From Clostridia bacterium (lineage in GTDB: Bacteria; Bacillota; Clostridia; Oscillospirales; QAKW01), in contig JAFSHF010000031.1 of assembly GCA_017440465.1 (NCBI GenBank), positions 6,064-70,063 of the forward strand: a stretch of 64,000 nucleotides of DNA, written 5' to 3'. Each line of letters opens with the position of its first letter. Within the stretch, counting starts at the first letter, position 1. This document shows positions 45,962 through 55,777 of this stretch, in pieces. A program made the translations under genes and the position numbers. The notes under the pieces are model-generated. The model was not told where the DNA came from and did not search any database. It was given only the letters and a program-made list of their open reading frames with translations.

Positions 45962-47104
45962 TTATTCTGCCGAGGCGAGCATTTTTTCGATGAAGATGCC
46001 GTAGCCGGCGGTGGGGTCGCTGATCAGCACGTGGGTGACGGCGCCGATGATCTTGCCGTTTTGCAGGATCGGGCTGCCGCTCATCCCCTGCACAATGCCG
46101 CCGGTCTCTTTCAGCAATCGTTCGTCGGTGACCTGAATACAGAGGTTTTTTAATTCCGATAAGTTATTATTGATCTTGGTTATACGGATCGTATAGGCTT
46201 TTGGGGTGGTCCCTGAAAGAGTGCAGAGGATCTGCGCCTCGCCCTCCTGCACCTCGTCCTTGAGGCCGACGGGGTAGCGCACCCCTTCAAATTTGCGGTC
46301 GGTGGTGCCGAAAAGGCCGGTCTCGTTGTTGGTGGTCACCTTGCCGAAGGTTTGGTTGGAAAGGGTGCCCAGCAGTTCGCCGGGGTTGCCCTTTTCGCCC
46401 GCCCGAATGCCTTTGACCTCGGCGGTGACCAAGGTGCCGCTTTCCACCGGCATGGTCAGCCCTGTATCCACATCCGAGATGGAGTGGCCCAGCCCTGCCA
46501 CCGCGTTGGTTTGGGGATCATAATAGGTCAGCGTACCCAGCCCTGCGGTACTGTCCCGCACCCAAAGACCGATGACATAGCCCTCTTCCGTTTCGGTGGG
46601 GGTAACCCAAAGGGTCTGGGTGCGTTGATTGCGCAGTAGGGTCACCTTTTGCTTTTTGCCTTGGCAAAGCTGTACCTGCGCCCGCAGTTCTTCGTTGGAG
46701 CGCACCACTTGATCGTTATAGGAAAGAATAATATCACCCACTTGGATGCCCGCCGCGATGCCTGCGCTGCCCTCTTCCGCATCAATAACGATAACACCCT
46801 TGGTATAGAGTTTGACCCCAAAGGGCGTCCCCAACACTACCAGACTTTTTTGGGTGATGCGGTGGACGGTGGCGTCCTTGATGGGCAACAGCCCAAACAG
46901 CTTGACCTTGGCGGTATAGTGATCGGCTTCCTGCTGCTGCGCCGCGGGCGACTCCGCCTCCAATGTATAAAGAGAGGAAACTGCGGGCGGCTGATCGGGA
47001 TAGCAAGTATATTCGGTAGGGATTCGGTAAAAATAAAGGCAGAGTAAGGCTGCCGCGGTGGCAAACGCCACCGGAATTTTGATGATTTTCAAAAATTTTT
47101 TCAT
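45962..47104 (-). CDS. spoIVB: SpoIVB peptidase (S55)
   Basis: PDZ domain (GDIILSYNDQ); S55 motifs GTLTYYDP..GLGH and GMSGSPILQNGKIIGAVTHV. Confidence 0.9.
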   Translation of the reverse strand: MKKFLKIIKIPVAFATAAALLCLYFYRIPTEYTCYPDQPPAVSSLYTLEAESPAAQQQEADHYTAKVKLFGLLPIKDATVHRITQKSLVVLGTPFGVKLYTKGVIVIDAEEGSAGIAAGIQVGDIILSYNDQVVRSNEELRAQVQLCQGKKQKVTLLRNQRTQTLWVTPTETEEGYVIGLWVRDSTAGLGTLTYYDPQTNAVAGLGHSISDVDTGLTMPVESGTLVTAEVKGIRAGEKGNPGELLGTLSNQTFGKVTTNNETGLFGTTDRKFEGVRYPVGLKDEVQEGEAQILCTLSGTTPKAYTIRITKINNNLSELKNLCIQVTDERLLKETGGIVQGMSGSPILQNGKIIGAVTHVLISDPTAGYGIFIEKMLASAE

Positions 47105-47164
47105 GGAAACACCTCGTTCTTGCTTAGTGTTTGCCGATGAAAAAAATCTATGCTACGTAGTTTT

Positions 47165-47203
47165 TGGAAAAAAGAAACGGACTGAAAAAATCAGTCCGTT
47201 TTT
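47165..47203 (-). terminator. Intrinsic terminator after the sigma/anti-sigma operon
   Basis: AACGGACTGA/TCAGTCCGTT stem plus T-run on the minus strand. Confidence 0.75.
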
Positions 47204-47205
47204 GA

Positions 47206-48288
47206 TTAATCGTAAGTCATTTCTACTAATCCGTTTTGCACCGTATAGCGGGCAAAATCCAAGGTAGTCAGCAGCGGGGAAGCCTGCTCCATCGGGACCG
47301 CCTTGCCGTCGATGGTGGTGACGGTGACGATGGCTTTATCGTAGTTGCCGAAATAATAGATCCATTGATTTTTGGTCTTTTTCAAAGGTTTTTTCTCTTC
47401 GCCGACCCCTTGGACCCGCAGCTGGAGGTCCCGCTGGGTTCGGGGCTGGGTGGCACTGACCGCCACGTTGAGGAAATAGGATTCGCTCTCGCCTGCCAAC
47501 AGATAAGAATAGGTATAGCCGCCGTTGGAATAGGCGTAGAGCTGACGGAAGCGGGCGGTGGTGGGTAGCCATGTGGGGACGATCACCAGCGGCTCTTCCA
47601 TCAGATAGTTGGTCTTATAGCCGATCGTCTTTTTGGCGGCGACGGCATCTAAATATGTGCGGAGCGAACGATAGGTCTCGGTCTTTTTATCGGTGATCTC
47701 CACCGGTGCTTTGGGATCGACCGCCTCGGCAGGGGGCGTGGATTGGGAAGCATCGCTTTCGGACTGCTCGGGGGCAGGCTCTTCAACCTTTTCGTCCTCG
47801 GGCGTTTTTTCGGGGTCGGAAGCGGTTCCCTTGTTTTCGTCGGGCGCATCCGTGTTATTGCCATCCCCCTTGGTGTTTTCCGCATGGGAGGAGGAATTGC
47901 CCTGCTGCGGATCGGCAGGGGCGGAGCTATCTGCATCGTTGGTGGCTTTATCGTCGGTGCTGGAATCATTCGAAGCGGCATTGTCGGCGCCGATCTCGTC
48001 GGAGATAAAAGAGTCGCCCGCCTGCAAAAAGAGTTCATTATAGGGATCGCCCATCATGTCGTTAAATTTTTCGGGGCGGGCAAACCAAAACGCTAAGCCG
48101 ACCGTCAAAGCCAGCATCGCCGCCGCACCGCTGACGCAGACCGGCAGGACCCAGCGTTGCTTTTGGGGCTTGGCGGGCTTTGAAAGGGGATGGGCTTGGG
48201 CTTCTTTCATCAGCGCCAAGGTCTCTTCGTTGAGGGCGGGGGAGGGAGCGATCTCGTCAAATTGCTTATTATATTCGTCTTTAAACAA
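47206..48288 (-). CDS. Putative anti-sigma factor (single TM, acidic low-complexity linker, C-terminal globular domain)
   Basis: Overlaps the ECF sigma gene by 8 nt; TM at WVLPVCVSGAAAMLALTVGLAFWF. Confidence 0.6.
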   Translation of the reverse strand: MFKDEYNKQFDEIAPSPALNEETLALMKEAQAHPLSKPAKPQKQRWVLPVCVSGAAAMLALTVGLAFWFARPEKFNDMMGDPYNELFLQAGDSFISDEIGADNAASNDSSTDDKATNDADSSAPADPQQGNSSSHAENTKGDGNNTDAPDENKGTASDPEKTPEDEKVEEPAPEQSESDASQSTPPAEAVDPKAPVEITDKKTETYRSLRTYLDAVAAKKTIGYKTNYLMEEPLVIVPTWLPTTARFRQLYAYSNGGYTYSYLLAGESESYFLNVAVSATQPRTQRDLQLRVQGVGEEKKPLKKTKNQWIYYFGNYDKAIVTVTTIDGKAVPMEQASPLLTTLDFARYTVQNGLVEMTYD

Positions 48289-48763
48289 TGTCGTCCTCTC
48301 CTTCCGTCATAAAATCTTTGAGTTTCCCACGCGCACGCTTGAGCTTAGAGCGTACGGTGGAGGGGTTCATCGCCAGCAGGGTGCCGATCTCCTCGGAGGT
48401 ATAGCCTTCATAATAATATAAATGCACCAAGGTCCGCGCCTGCTCCGATAAGCGCCCTAAGGCTTCGCGGAGCGCAAAGCGGTCGGGATCCTCCGAACGC
48501 GGCTCCATCTCCTCTAAGGGCAGATCGCGGCGGGATGCCTTTTTCAGCCGATCCTTGCAGCAGTTGATGGTCACCCGAATGAACCACGCTTTTTGGTGGG
48601 TGGGGTTTTCAAACTGCGGCTGATGGCGGATCAGCTTTAAAAAAACATCCTGATATGTATCGTCGGCATCCTCGCGGTGACGCAACTGCGCCATCGCAAG
48701 GCGATAGACCGTCGGTCCGTATTCTGCAATCAATTGTTGCATTTGGGTATCGGTATAGGCCAT
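48281..48763 (-). CDS. ECF-type RNA polymerase sigma-70 factor
   Basis: Region 2 (DDTYQDVFLKL) and region 4 (YYYEGYTSEEIGTLL); start at the ATG at 48763 with SD AAAGGGGA. Confidence 0.85.
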   Translation of the reverse strand: MAYTDTQMQQLIAEYGPTVYRLAMAQLRHREDADDTYQDVFLKLIRHQPQFENPTHQKAWFIRVTINCCKDRLKKASRRDLPLEEMEPRSEDPDRFALREALGRLSEQARTLVHLYYYEGYTSEEIGTLLAMNPSTVRSKLKRARGKLKDFMTEGEDDIV

Positions 48764-48866
48764 AATTTTCCCCTTTATATATGATAAAACGAACTTAATA
48801 TCCAATCTGTTGCAAAATTTTCAAAAAAAGACACAGAATGAACTGTGCCTTTTTTATTCTGATTTC

Positions 48867-48972
48867 AAAACGGTTGCAAAAGCGAGATAGATTTTGCCGA
48901 GGCGATCCCGACGGCGTATGTGATACGCCGAGCGGTCGGATCGGCGGAATATAGCCGCTTTTTAACCGTTTT
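48867..48972. repeat. Nested ~105 bp foldback abutting the proS stop codon (possibly a distant E-family member)
   Basis: Paired arms AAAACGGTT/AACCGTTTT, AAAAGCG/CGCTTTT and GGCGTAT/ATACGCC; motifs GCAAAAGCG, GAGC and GGCGGAAT resemble E1. Confidence 0.5.
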
Positions 48973-50412
48973 TTAGTATGCTTTGCCCCAGTAGACTAAT
49001 TTCTTGGCGGGCTTTCCGCAGCAAACGCAAACATCGCTGACCTGCTCCTGATCCTCAAAGGGCATACAGCGGGAGCTGATCTCTGCTTCGTCCTTGAGTT
49101 GCACCTCGCAGGCTTCATCCCCGCACCACATGGCGCGGATAAAGCCGGGCTTGGTGGCGGCGATCTCTTTGATCTGATCAAGGTTGCGGGCGGTATGGGT
49201 CATTGCCAGGCGGCGATCCAATGCGCGCTGATACATATTTTCGTGGATCTCCTTGAGCAGAGCGGGGATGGTTTCGGTCAACTTCTCCAGCTCCACAGTG
49301 ATCTTCTCGCCGGTATCGCGGCGGGAGAGGATGCAGACGCCGTTTTCGATATCGCGGGGGCCCAGCTCCAAGCGGAGGGGAACGCCCTTCATTTCATATT
49401 CGGCAAATTTCCAGCCGGGGCTGTTGGAGGATGCGTCCATCTTGACGCGGCAGACGGCTTTCAGCTCGTTCATCACTTCTTCTGCCTTTTCCAGAACGCC
49501 CTCCTTATGCTGGGCGACCGGGACGATCATCACCTGAGTGGGCGCGATATAGGGCGGGATGACCAAGCCGTTATCGTCGCCGTGGGTCATGATCACCGCG
49601 CCGATCAGGCGGGTGGTGCAGCCCCAGGAGGTCTGGTGGGGATAGGCAAGCTTATTATCCTTATCGGTAAAGGTGACGTCAAAGGCGCGGGAGAAGCCAT
49701 CACCAAAGTAATGGGAGGTACCGCTCTGCAACGCCTTACCGTCGTGCATCAGCGCTTCGATGGTATAGGTGGCTTCGGCACCTGCAAATTTTTCTTTATC
49801 GGTCTTTTTGCCCTGCACCACGGGGATCGCCAGATACTCTCTGCAGAATTTGGCGTAGGTCTCCAGCATCTGAATGGTCTCTTTTTCCGCTTCTTCTTGG
49901 GTAGCGTGCAGGGTATGACCCTCCTGCCATAAGAATTCGCGGGTACGCAGGAAGGGGCGGGTGGTCTTTTCCCAGCGCACTACCGAGACCCATTGGTTAT
50001 ACAGCAGCGGCAGATCTCTCCAGGATTGGACTACGTCCTTAAAATGATCGCAGAACAAGGTCTCGGAGGTGGGGCGGATGCAGAACCGCTCCTCCAGCTT
50101 CTCGCTGCCGCCGAAGGTGACCCAGGCCACCTCGGGCGCAAACCCTTCCACGTGGTCTTTTTCTTTATTCAAAAGGCTCTCGGGGATCAGCATCGGCATA
50201 CAAATGTTTTCATGCCCTAAGTCCTTGAACATTTTATCCAAAGCACCCTGCATCAGTTCCCACATCGCAAAGCCGTAGGGGCGGATGATCATAAAGCCCT
50301 TCACATTGGAATAGGCGGCAAGATCCGCTTTCTTGACAATGTCGGTATACCATTGGGCGAAATCCACATCCATCGATGTGATCTCTTTTACCATTTTCTT
50401 ATTATCGCTCAC
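48973..50412 (-). CDS. proS: Proline--tRNA ligase (archaeal/eukaryote-like type)
   Basis: 479 aa; class II aaRS motifs; C-terminal zinc-binding-type domain ending WGKAY. Confidence 0.95.
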   Translation of the reverse strand: MSDNKKMVKEITSMDVDFAQWYTDIVKKADLAAYSNVKGFMIIRPYGFAMWELMQGALDKMFKDLGHENICMPMLIPESLLNKEKDHVEGFAPEVAWVTFGGSEKLEERFCIRPTSETLFCDHFKDVVQSWRDLPLLYNQWVSVVRWEKTTRPFLRTREFLWQEGHTLHATQEEAEKETIQMLETYAKFCREYLAIPVVQGKKTDKEKFAGAEATYTIEALMHDGKALQSGTSHYFGDGFSRAFDVTFTDKDNKLAYPHQTSWGCTTRLIGAVIMTHGDDNGLVIPPYIAPTQVMIVPVAQHKEGVLEKAEEVMNELKAVCRVKMDASSNSPGWKFAEYEMKGVPLRLELGPRDIENGVCILSRRDTGEKITVELEKLTETIPALLKEIHENMYQRALDRRLAMTHTARNLDQIKEIAATKPGFIRAMWCGDEACEVQLKDEAEISSRCMPFEDQEQVSDVCVCCGKPAKKLVYWGKAY

Positions 50413-50527
50413 GTTTTTTCAACTCCTGCTATGCATAATTATAATAATTATATCTATTTTTCTATTCAATGTCAATCCATTTGACTTTTAAGAGTAAAAA
50501 ATATAGAATATAAACGAGGTGAAATGA

Positions 50528-51541
50528 ATGAAACTTTTGGCCACCGCCGATCTACATATCCGCAAGCAGGAAGATGCCGCCCTTTTGGCGCGCATTTTGC
50601 AGGCGGCGAAGGAAAATGATGCCGAGGCGCTGCTGATCGGCGGCGATCTTTTGGATCGCCCCTTTTTGGAGCCGACCGCCGAGGATGCGGTCCGCCGCCT
50701 TTTGAGCGGGGCGGGCCTGCCCATCTTTTTGGTCGCGGGCAACCACGATCCTGCGGCGGTGACCGCATTATATCAGAACCTGCCCGAGGGGGTCTATCTC
50801 TTCCCCGAAACGGTGGCAGGGGTCACTATTGGCGAAAATATCCGTCTTTGGGGCTATTCTGCCGCCCGCGAGCAAGGGGGCGGCAATCCGTTGCAAGGGT
50901 TTAGCGCGCCTTCCGATGGCATCAACATCCTTTTGGGTCACGGTCAGGTGGATGGCGGCAGCGAAAGTTTCTGCCCCATTTCTTCCGAGTCCCTTGCAAA
51001 CAGCGGATTGGATTTAGCGATCATAGGGCATATTCATAAGGGCGAGCAACGCCGCATCGGCGGTTGCCGCCTGCTCATCCCCGGTATTCCCGAAGGGAAA
51101 GGCTTTGACGAGCTGGGCGAAAAATTTGTGTACTTCATTGATACTGCATCGATGCAGATCGAGCCGATGGCGGTGGCAGAGAAGATCTGGCGGGAATACC
51201 CGGTCGATCTTTCGGGCTGTGCCGAGGATGCCGCGATCTTAGAGCGGCTGATGGCGGTGGAGATCCCCGCCAATACCGTGGGGCGGTTGATCTTGCAGGG
51301 CGCACCCTCCGCCGATCCCGCGGCGGCCGCCGCCATCTATACCGAACGGACGGGGCGGGAGGTCAAGGACCGCACCGATCCTTCCCTTTCGGTGGATGTA
51401 TTAAAAAAGCAAAATACCCTGCAGGGTGCCTTTGTTCGCCGCGCGATGGCGGAGATCCAAGCCGCCGACGCGGCAGACCGCCCGCGGCTGGAAGAAGCCT
51501 TGCGGTTAGGATTGCAAGCTTTAAAGGAGGCGCGGTTATGA
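50528..51541 (+). CDS. Metallophosphoesterase, SbcD/YhaO-like DNA repair exonuclease
   Basis: ADLH, GGDLLD, GNHD and GHIH motifs. Confidence 0.8.
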   Translation: MKLLATADLHIRKQEDAALLARILQAAKENDAEALLIGGDLLDRPFLEPTAEDAVRRLLSGAGLPIFLVAGNHDPAAVTALYQNLPEGVYLFPETVAGVTIGENIRLWGYSAAREQGGGNPLQGFSAPSDGINILLGHGQVDGGSESFCPISSESLANSGLDLAIIGHIHKGEQRRIGGCRLLIPGIPEGKGFDELGEKFVYFIDTASMQIEPMAVAEKIWREYPVDLSGCAEDAAILERLMAVEIPANTVGRLILQGAPSADPAAAAAIYTERTGREVKDRTDPSLSVDVLKKQNTLQGAFVRRAMAEIQAADAADRPRLEEALRLGLQALKEARL

Positions 51542-53463
51542 GAATTTTAAATATCTCGGTCGGTGCCTTCGGCAAACTCAAGGACTTTTCTTTGCAACCC
51601 CAAGCGGGGCTGAACCGCTACCTGCAACCCAATGAGTTTGGCAAGACCACGCTGATCTATTTCATTTACTATATGCTCTACGGTTATGACACCAAACTGC
51701 TCAAGACCTATCTGCCCTGGAGCGGGGAGGATCTTGCGGGCAGTTTGGATCTGGAACTGCAGGGCAAGACCTGGCGGATCACCCGCCGACGTCCCGCAGG
51801 GCGGGGGATGGAAAAACGGCAGATCCTCTGCTTGGAGAACGGGGAAGAGTTGATCCTTGCCAATAAGGAGCAACCGGGCAATCGGTTTTTGGGGCTGGAT
51901 GGGGAGACCTTTTTGCGCTCCTTCTGCATCACCCAGGGCGACCTGCTCTTTTCCCGCACCGATGGGCTGGATGTGGCACTCAAAAATATGGCCGCCACCG
52001 GCGATGAGAACGTTTCTTATCCGCTGGCGGAAGAATATCTGAATAAATTACATACCCAATATAAGCACCGCACCCGCAACGCAGGGCACCTGGTGGAGCA
52101 AAAGGAAGCGTTGGCTCTGGGCAAGGAGCGGGAGCAACAGTTGCGCGCCGCGGCAGAGCGGCGGCTTTCTGAGCGGGAGCAATGGCAGGCATTGGAAGAG
52201 AAGCTTGCCCAAAAGGAGCAGGAGATCGAAGCCCTGCGGCAACGGCTTTCCGCCGCCGAGGGCAGTGATGCGCTGAAGTTATTGCAACGCTTGGATGCCC
52301 TCAAAAATCTGCCCCGCGCCGAAAAACCGCGGTTGGAAAAAGCGGCGCTTTCGGCATTGGAGCAAGCCTTTGAGAATGCCGAGCGGACCCAAGGGGATTT
52401 GCAGGCGGCGCAGTCTGCGCTGGACCGCGCCCAAGCCGAATGGGATCGGATGAAGGAGGTCAAGGGCGGTGCGTTGCCGCTGATCTTGTTGGTGGCAGGC
52501 GCAGTCGCGGGCATTTTGGCCGCCGCGCTGGCGGTCTGGTCGCTCTATTTGGTATTGGGCGGGCTTTGGATCGCCGCCGCCGTTTTGATGCTGACTAAGA
52601 ATACCGCCCGCCGCGCCGAGCGGGCAGGCTTGGAGCGCAATCTGCAAGCCGATCGGCAGGCGCAGCAGCAGGCAAAGGAGCTTGCCGATGCCGCCGCCGA
52701 AACATTAGAGAAACTGCGGCAACAATACCGCATCTTCACCAAGGAAGAGGTGCGGGATCTGCAGATCGCCTGGGGAGTTTATGAAAGCGGCGCGGGGGAA
52801 GAATCTGTCGCGTTGCAGGAGCAGGCGATCTTGGCGGGCAAGACCCGCGCGGAATTGGAAATGCTGGCGGTCAATGCGGTGGAGATCGAAGAGACTGCCG
52901 CGCAGGTGCAGGAACTTCTGCGCCGCGAAGAACTGCAGAGGGAAGATCTGCGGCGGCAAAAGGATGCGTTGGACCCGCGGGAACTGCGGCAGGCGTGGGA
53001 GCGGCTGGAGGAATGTGCCGCCCAAAATGCCCTGCTGGAGCAGGAAATTTCCGAGGGGGAAGAGCGACTCTTAGCTATTCAGCAGAGTCTCTCTTGGCTG
53101 AAAGAAGCCAACGAAGAGATGAACACCCGCTTTGCCCCCAAACTTTGCGAAGCGGCGGGCAAGTATTTGGCACTGCTGACCGACGGTAAGTACCGCGGGC
53201 TGATGATGGACGATGGATTTTCCATCCGCTTGGAGACCGCCGAGGGCAGTTTCCCCGCCGAGCAATTTTCGGCGGGCACGCGGGATGCGGTGTATTTTGC
53301 TTTCCGCTTGGCGGCAAGCGAAATGCTCAGCGCGGAAGCTCTGCCGATGGTGCTGGACGACCCCTTTACCAACTTAGATGAGACCCGCCGCGCCGCCGCC
53401 GAATCGCTGTTGCAAAAGGCGGCATCCAACCGCCAGATTCTCTATTTCAGCTGTAGAATTTGA
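51538..53463 (+). CDS. AAA/SMC-like ATPase, YhaN/SbcC-like
   Basis: Walker A NEFGKTT; long coiled-coil with two central TM-like segments; Walker B LPMVLDDPFTNLD; overlaps the upstream gene. Confidence 0.8.
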   Translation: MRILNISVGAFGKLKDFSLQPQAGLNRYLQPNEFGKTTLIYFIYYMLYGYDTKLLKTYLPWSGEDLAGSLDLELQGKTWRITRRRPAGRGMEKRQILCLENGEELILANKEQPGNRFLGLDGETFLRSFCITQGDLLFSRTDGLDVALKNMAATGDENVSYPLAEEYLNKLHTQYKHRTRNAGHLVEQKEALALGKEREQQLRAAAERRLSEREQWQALEEKLAQKEQEIEALRQRLSAAEGSDALKLLQRLDALKNLPRAEKPRLEKAALSALEQAFENAERTQGDLQAAQSALDRAQAEWDRMKEVKGGALPLILLVAGAVAGILAAALAVWSLYLVLGGLWIAAAVLMLTKNTARRAERAGLERNLQADRQAQQQAKELADAAAETLEKLRQQYRIFTKEEVRDLQIAWGVYESGAGEESVALQEQAILAGKTRAELEMLAVNAVEIEETAAQVQELLRREELQREDLRRQKDALDPRELRQAWERLEECAAQNALLEQEISEGEERLLAIQQSLSWLKEANEEMNTRFAPKLCEAAGKYLALLTDGKYRGLMMDDGFSIRLETAEGSFPAEQFSAGTRDAVYFAFRLAASEMLSAEALPMVLDDPFTNLDETRRAAAESLLQKAASNRQILYFSCRI

Positions 53464-53481
53464 CAACGCAACAAAAAACTA

Positions 53482-53510
53482 TTGTAATTTCGGCAAAAAT
53501 AATATATAAT
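53482..53510 (+). promoter_or_regulatory. Promoter TTGTAA-17-TATAAT
   Basis: Counted spacing; upstream of the Asp23-family gene. Confidence 0.5.
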
Positions 53511-53544
53511 AAAGGATGATATACTTTAAAAGGAGGTTTCTGCT

Positions 53545-53892
53545 ATGACGATCGATAATCATAACGGAAGCATTAACATTACCGAAACTGTGTTTGCAAA
53601 TATCGTCGGCCATGTGGCCAATTCCTGCTACGGTGTGGTCGGTATGGCCGCCAAATCCGCTACCGACGGCTTGGTGTCCCTGCTGAAAAAGGACCATTAT
53701 GAAAAGGGTGTCCAGATCCTGCAGGAAGAGGATGGCGTTGTGGTCGAAATGCATATCGTGGTTCTCTACGGTGTCAATCTGCCTGCCGTGACCCGCAGTA
53801 TCGCCAAGGAGATCAAATATAATGTGGAGCAGATGACCGGCTTTAACGTCAAGAAGGTCAATGTCCATATCGACGGGATCAAAACCGTATAA
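53545..53892 (+). CDS. yloU: Asp23/Gls24-family envelope stress protein
   Basis: Typical Asp23 sequence; paired with a DAK2-domain gene. Confidence 0.9.
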   Translation: MTIDNHNGSINITETVFANIVGHVANSCYGVVGMAAKSATDGLVSLLKKDHYEKGVQILQEEDGVVVEMHIVVLYGVNLPAVTRSIAKEIKYNVEQMTGFNVKKVNVHIDGIKTV

Positions 53893-53912
53893 TTTGAAGG
53901 AGAGATCAATCT

Positions 53913-55553
53913 ATGATAACAGGTAAGCAGTATTGCGAGATGGTCATCTCCGGATGCAATCATATCAGCAACCAGAAAGCAGCCATCAATGCATTGAACG
54001 TGTTCCCGGTCCCCGATGGGGATACCGGTACCAATATGTCCCTGACCATCTCTGCCGCCGCACGCGAACTGCAGAATTTGGGGGATTGCACCATCGCCCA
54101 GGCATCGGATCGTGCCGCAGGCGCGATGCTCAAGGGCGCGCGGGGCAACAGCGGTGTTATTTTGTCCTTGCTCTTCCGTGGTATTTCCAAGGGCTTGAAG
54201 GATAAAGAGACCGCCAACGCCGCCGATTTTTCCGCAGCGTTGCATCTGGGTGTCAAAGCCGCCTATCGCGCGGTAATGAAGCCCACCGAGGGTACGGTGC
54301 TGACCGTTTCCCGCGTGGCGGCGGAAAACCTTTCCAAATATTTAGAGAATGCCCCCGAAACCACCGCCGAGCAGGCGTTGGCTTATTATGTGGAGCAGGC
54401 AAACGACGTTTTGCAGCAGACCCCCGAAATGCTGCCTCAGTTGAAGCAAGCAGGGGTGGTCGATGCGGGCGGTAAGGGCTTTGCCGTTGTGATGGAGGGT
54501 ATGCTCTCCGCACTGCGCGGTCAACCCATCGAGCCGCAGGAAGCACCCGAAGCGGTTGCTGATTCGGTGGTGGATGAACTGCCGATGCGGGAAGAGGACA
54601 TCACCTTTACCTATTGCACCGAGTATATCGTCACTGTGGATGAGACCGCCAAGAAGGATAACCCCGCCGATCTGCGCTCCTACTTGGAATCCATCGGTGA
54701 TAGCGTGGTCTGCGTACCCGATAACGAGATCATCAAGGTCCATGTCCATACCAACCACCCCGGTCGCGCCATCGAAGAAGCGCTCCGCTACGGTTCGTTG
54801 GTCAATTTGAAGATCGATAATATGAAGGAAGAGTTCCGCGCCCGCCAAAAGAGCGCACCCGCCGAACCCGAAAATGCCTTGGCAGAGCCTACCAAAAAGT
54901 ATGGCTTTGTCTCGGTCGTTGCCGGCGCCGGTCTGGCGGCGGTCTGCAAGGATCTGGGTGTCGATACCGTTGTGGAAGGCGGTCAGACCATGAACCCCTC
55001 CACCGCCGATATCCTGGCGGCGGTCAACCGCACCCCCAGCGAAGTCGTCTTCGTTCTTCCCAATAATAAAAATATCATTATGGCGGCAGAGCAGGCAAAA
55101 GAGCTCTCCACCGCAAAAGAAGTGGTGGTCATCCCCAGCAAGACCGTGCCCCAAGGCATCACCGCCATGCTTGGCTTTGATGAGACCTTGGAGACCGAGG
55201 CTCTTGCCGAAGCAATGACCGCCATGCTGGAGACTGTCAAGACCGCGCAGGTCACCTATGCCGCCCGCGACTCTGTTTTCGATGAAAAGGAGATCAAGGA
55301 AGGCCAACTGCTGGGCTTGATGGAGACCAAAGTCACCTTTGTGGAAGATCAGATGGAAGACGTTGTCCGCAAGCTCTTTGAAGAGCTGGGTAAGGACGGC
55401 GGCTCCTATATCAATGTCTACTATGGTGAGGATGTCACCGAAGAGCAGGCCGAGGCCATCACCGCGCAGATCCAAGCGCAGATGCCTCAGGCGGAGGTAA
55501 TGTGTTTGCCCGGAGGGCAACCGGTGTACCATTATATCTTTTCTGTGGAATAA
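53913..55553 (+). CDS. yloV: DAK2-domain fusion protein YloV
   Basis: N-terminal DAK2 (DGDTGTNM) plus C-terminal DegV-like region, 546 aa. Confidence 0.9.
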   Translation: MITGKQYCEMVISGCNHISNQKAAINALNVFPVPDGDTGTNMSLTISAAARELQNLGDCTIAQASDRAAGAMLKGARGNSGVILSLLFRGISKGLKDKETANAADFSAALHLGVKAAYRAVMKPTEGTVLTVSRVAAENLSKYLENAPETTAEQALAYYVEQANDVLQQTPEMLPQLKQAGVVDAGGKGFAVVMEGMLSALRGQPIEPQEAPEAVADSVVDELPMREEDITFTYCTEYIVTVDETAKKDNPADLRSYLESIGDSVVCVPDNEIIKVHVHTNHPGRAIEEALRYGSLVNLKIDNMKEEFRARQKSAPAEPENALAEPTKKYGFVSVVAGAGLAAVCKDLGVDTVVEGGQTMNPSTADILAAVNRTPSEVVFVLPNNKNIIMAAEQAKELSTAKEVVVIPSKTVPQGITAMLGFDETLETEALAEAMTAMLETVKTAQVTYAARDSVFDEKEIKEGQLLGLMETKVTFVEDQMEDVVRKLFEELGKDGGSYINVYYGEDVTEEQAEAITAQIQAQMPQAEVMCLPGGQPVYHYIFSVE

Positions 55554-55769
55554 CCGTTGAAATCGGCGCAGACCGACAGGAATAAGGAAAGAACCTGCCT
55601 TGGCAGGTTCTTTTTTATGTCTTTTCCGTTTTTTCACCTTCGGCATATCATTATATAGCCGAAGGATGAAAGAAACGAAAATCTGCATCCAATTTGAACG
55701 GTTTTAGGGAAGAGATTTAAAAAGAATGAAAAAGAACCGACCTTGAAAGGTCGGTTCTTCTATTTTTTT
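55554..55769 (+). repeat. Module X copy 2
   Basis: Starts at the stop codon of yloV with the same CCGTTGAAATSGGCGCA leader. Hairpin 1 is 55637-55665 (CCTTCGGC/GCCGAAGG, identical loop). Hairpin 2 is 55676-55707. Terminator is 55734-55769. Confidence 0.6.
55591..55616 (+). terminator. Intrinsic terminator of yloV
   Basis: GAACCTGCC/GGCAGGTTC stem plus T6. Confidence 0.8.
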
Positions 55770-55777
55770 AAGGGGCT

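Noticed and set aside
50413-50527. Expected T-box leader upstream of proS
   Set aside because: Only ~115 nt of AT-rich divergent promoter sequence is available, and I could not find a specifier-loop or T-box (AGGGUGGNACCGCG-like) sequence.
54342-55688. 448-aa ORF antisense to yloV that extends into module X
   Set aside because: It is a shadow of the DAK2-domain gene. The part inside module X is not conserved as protein in the other module X copy.
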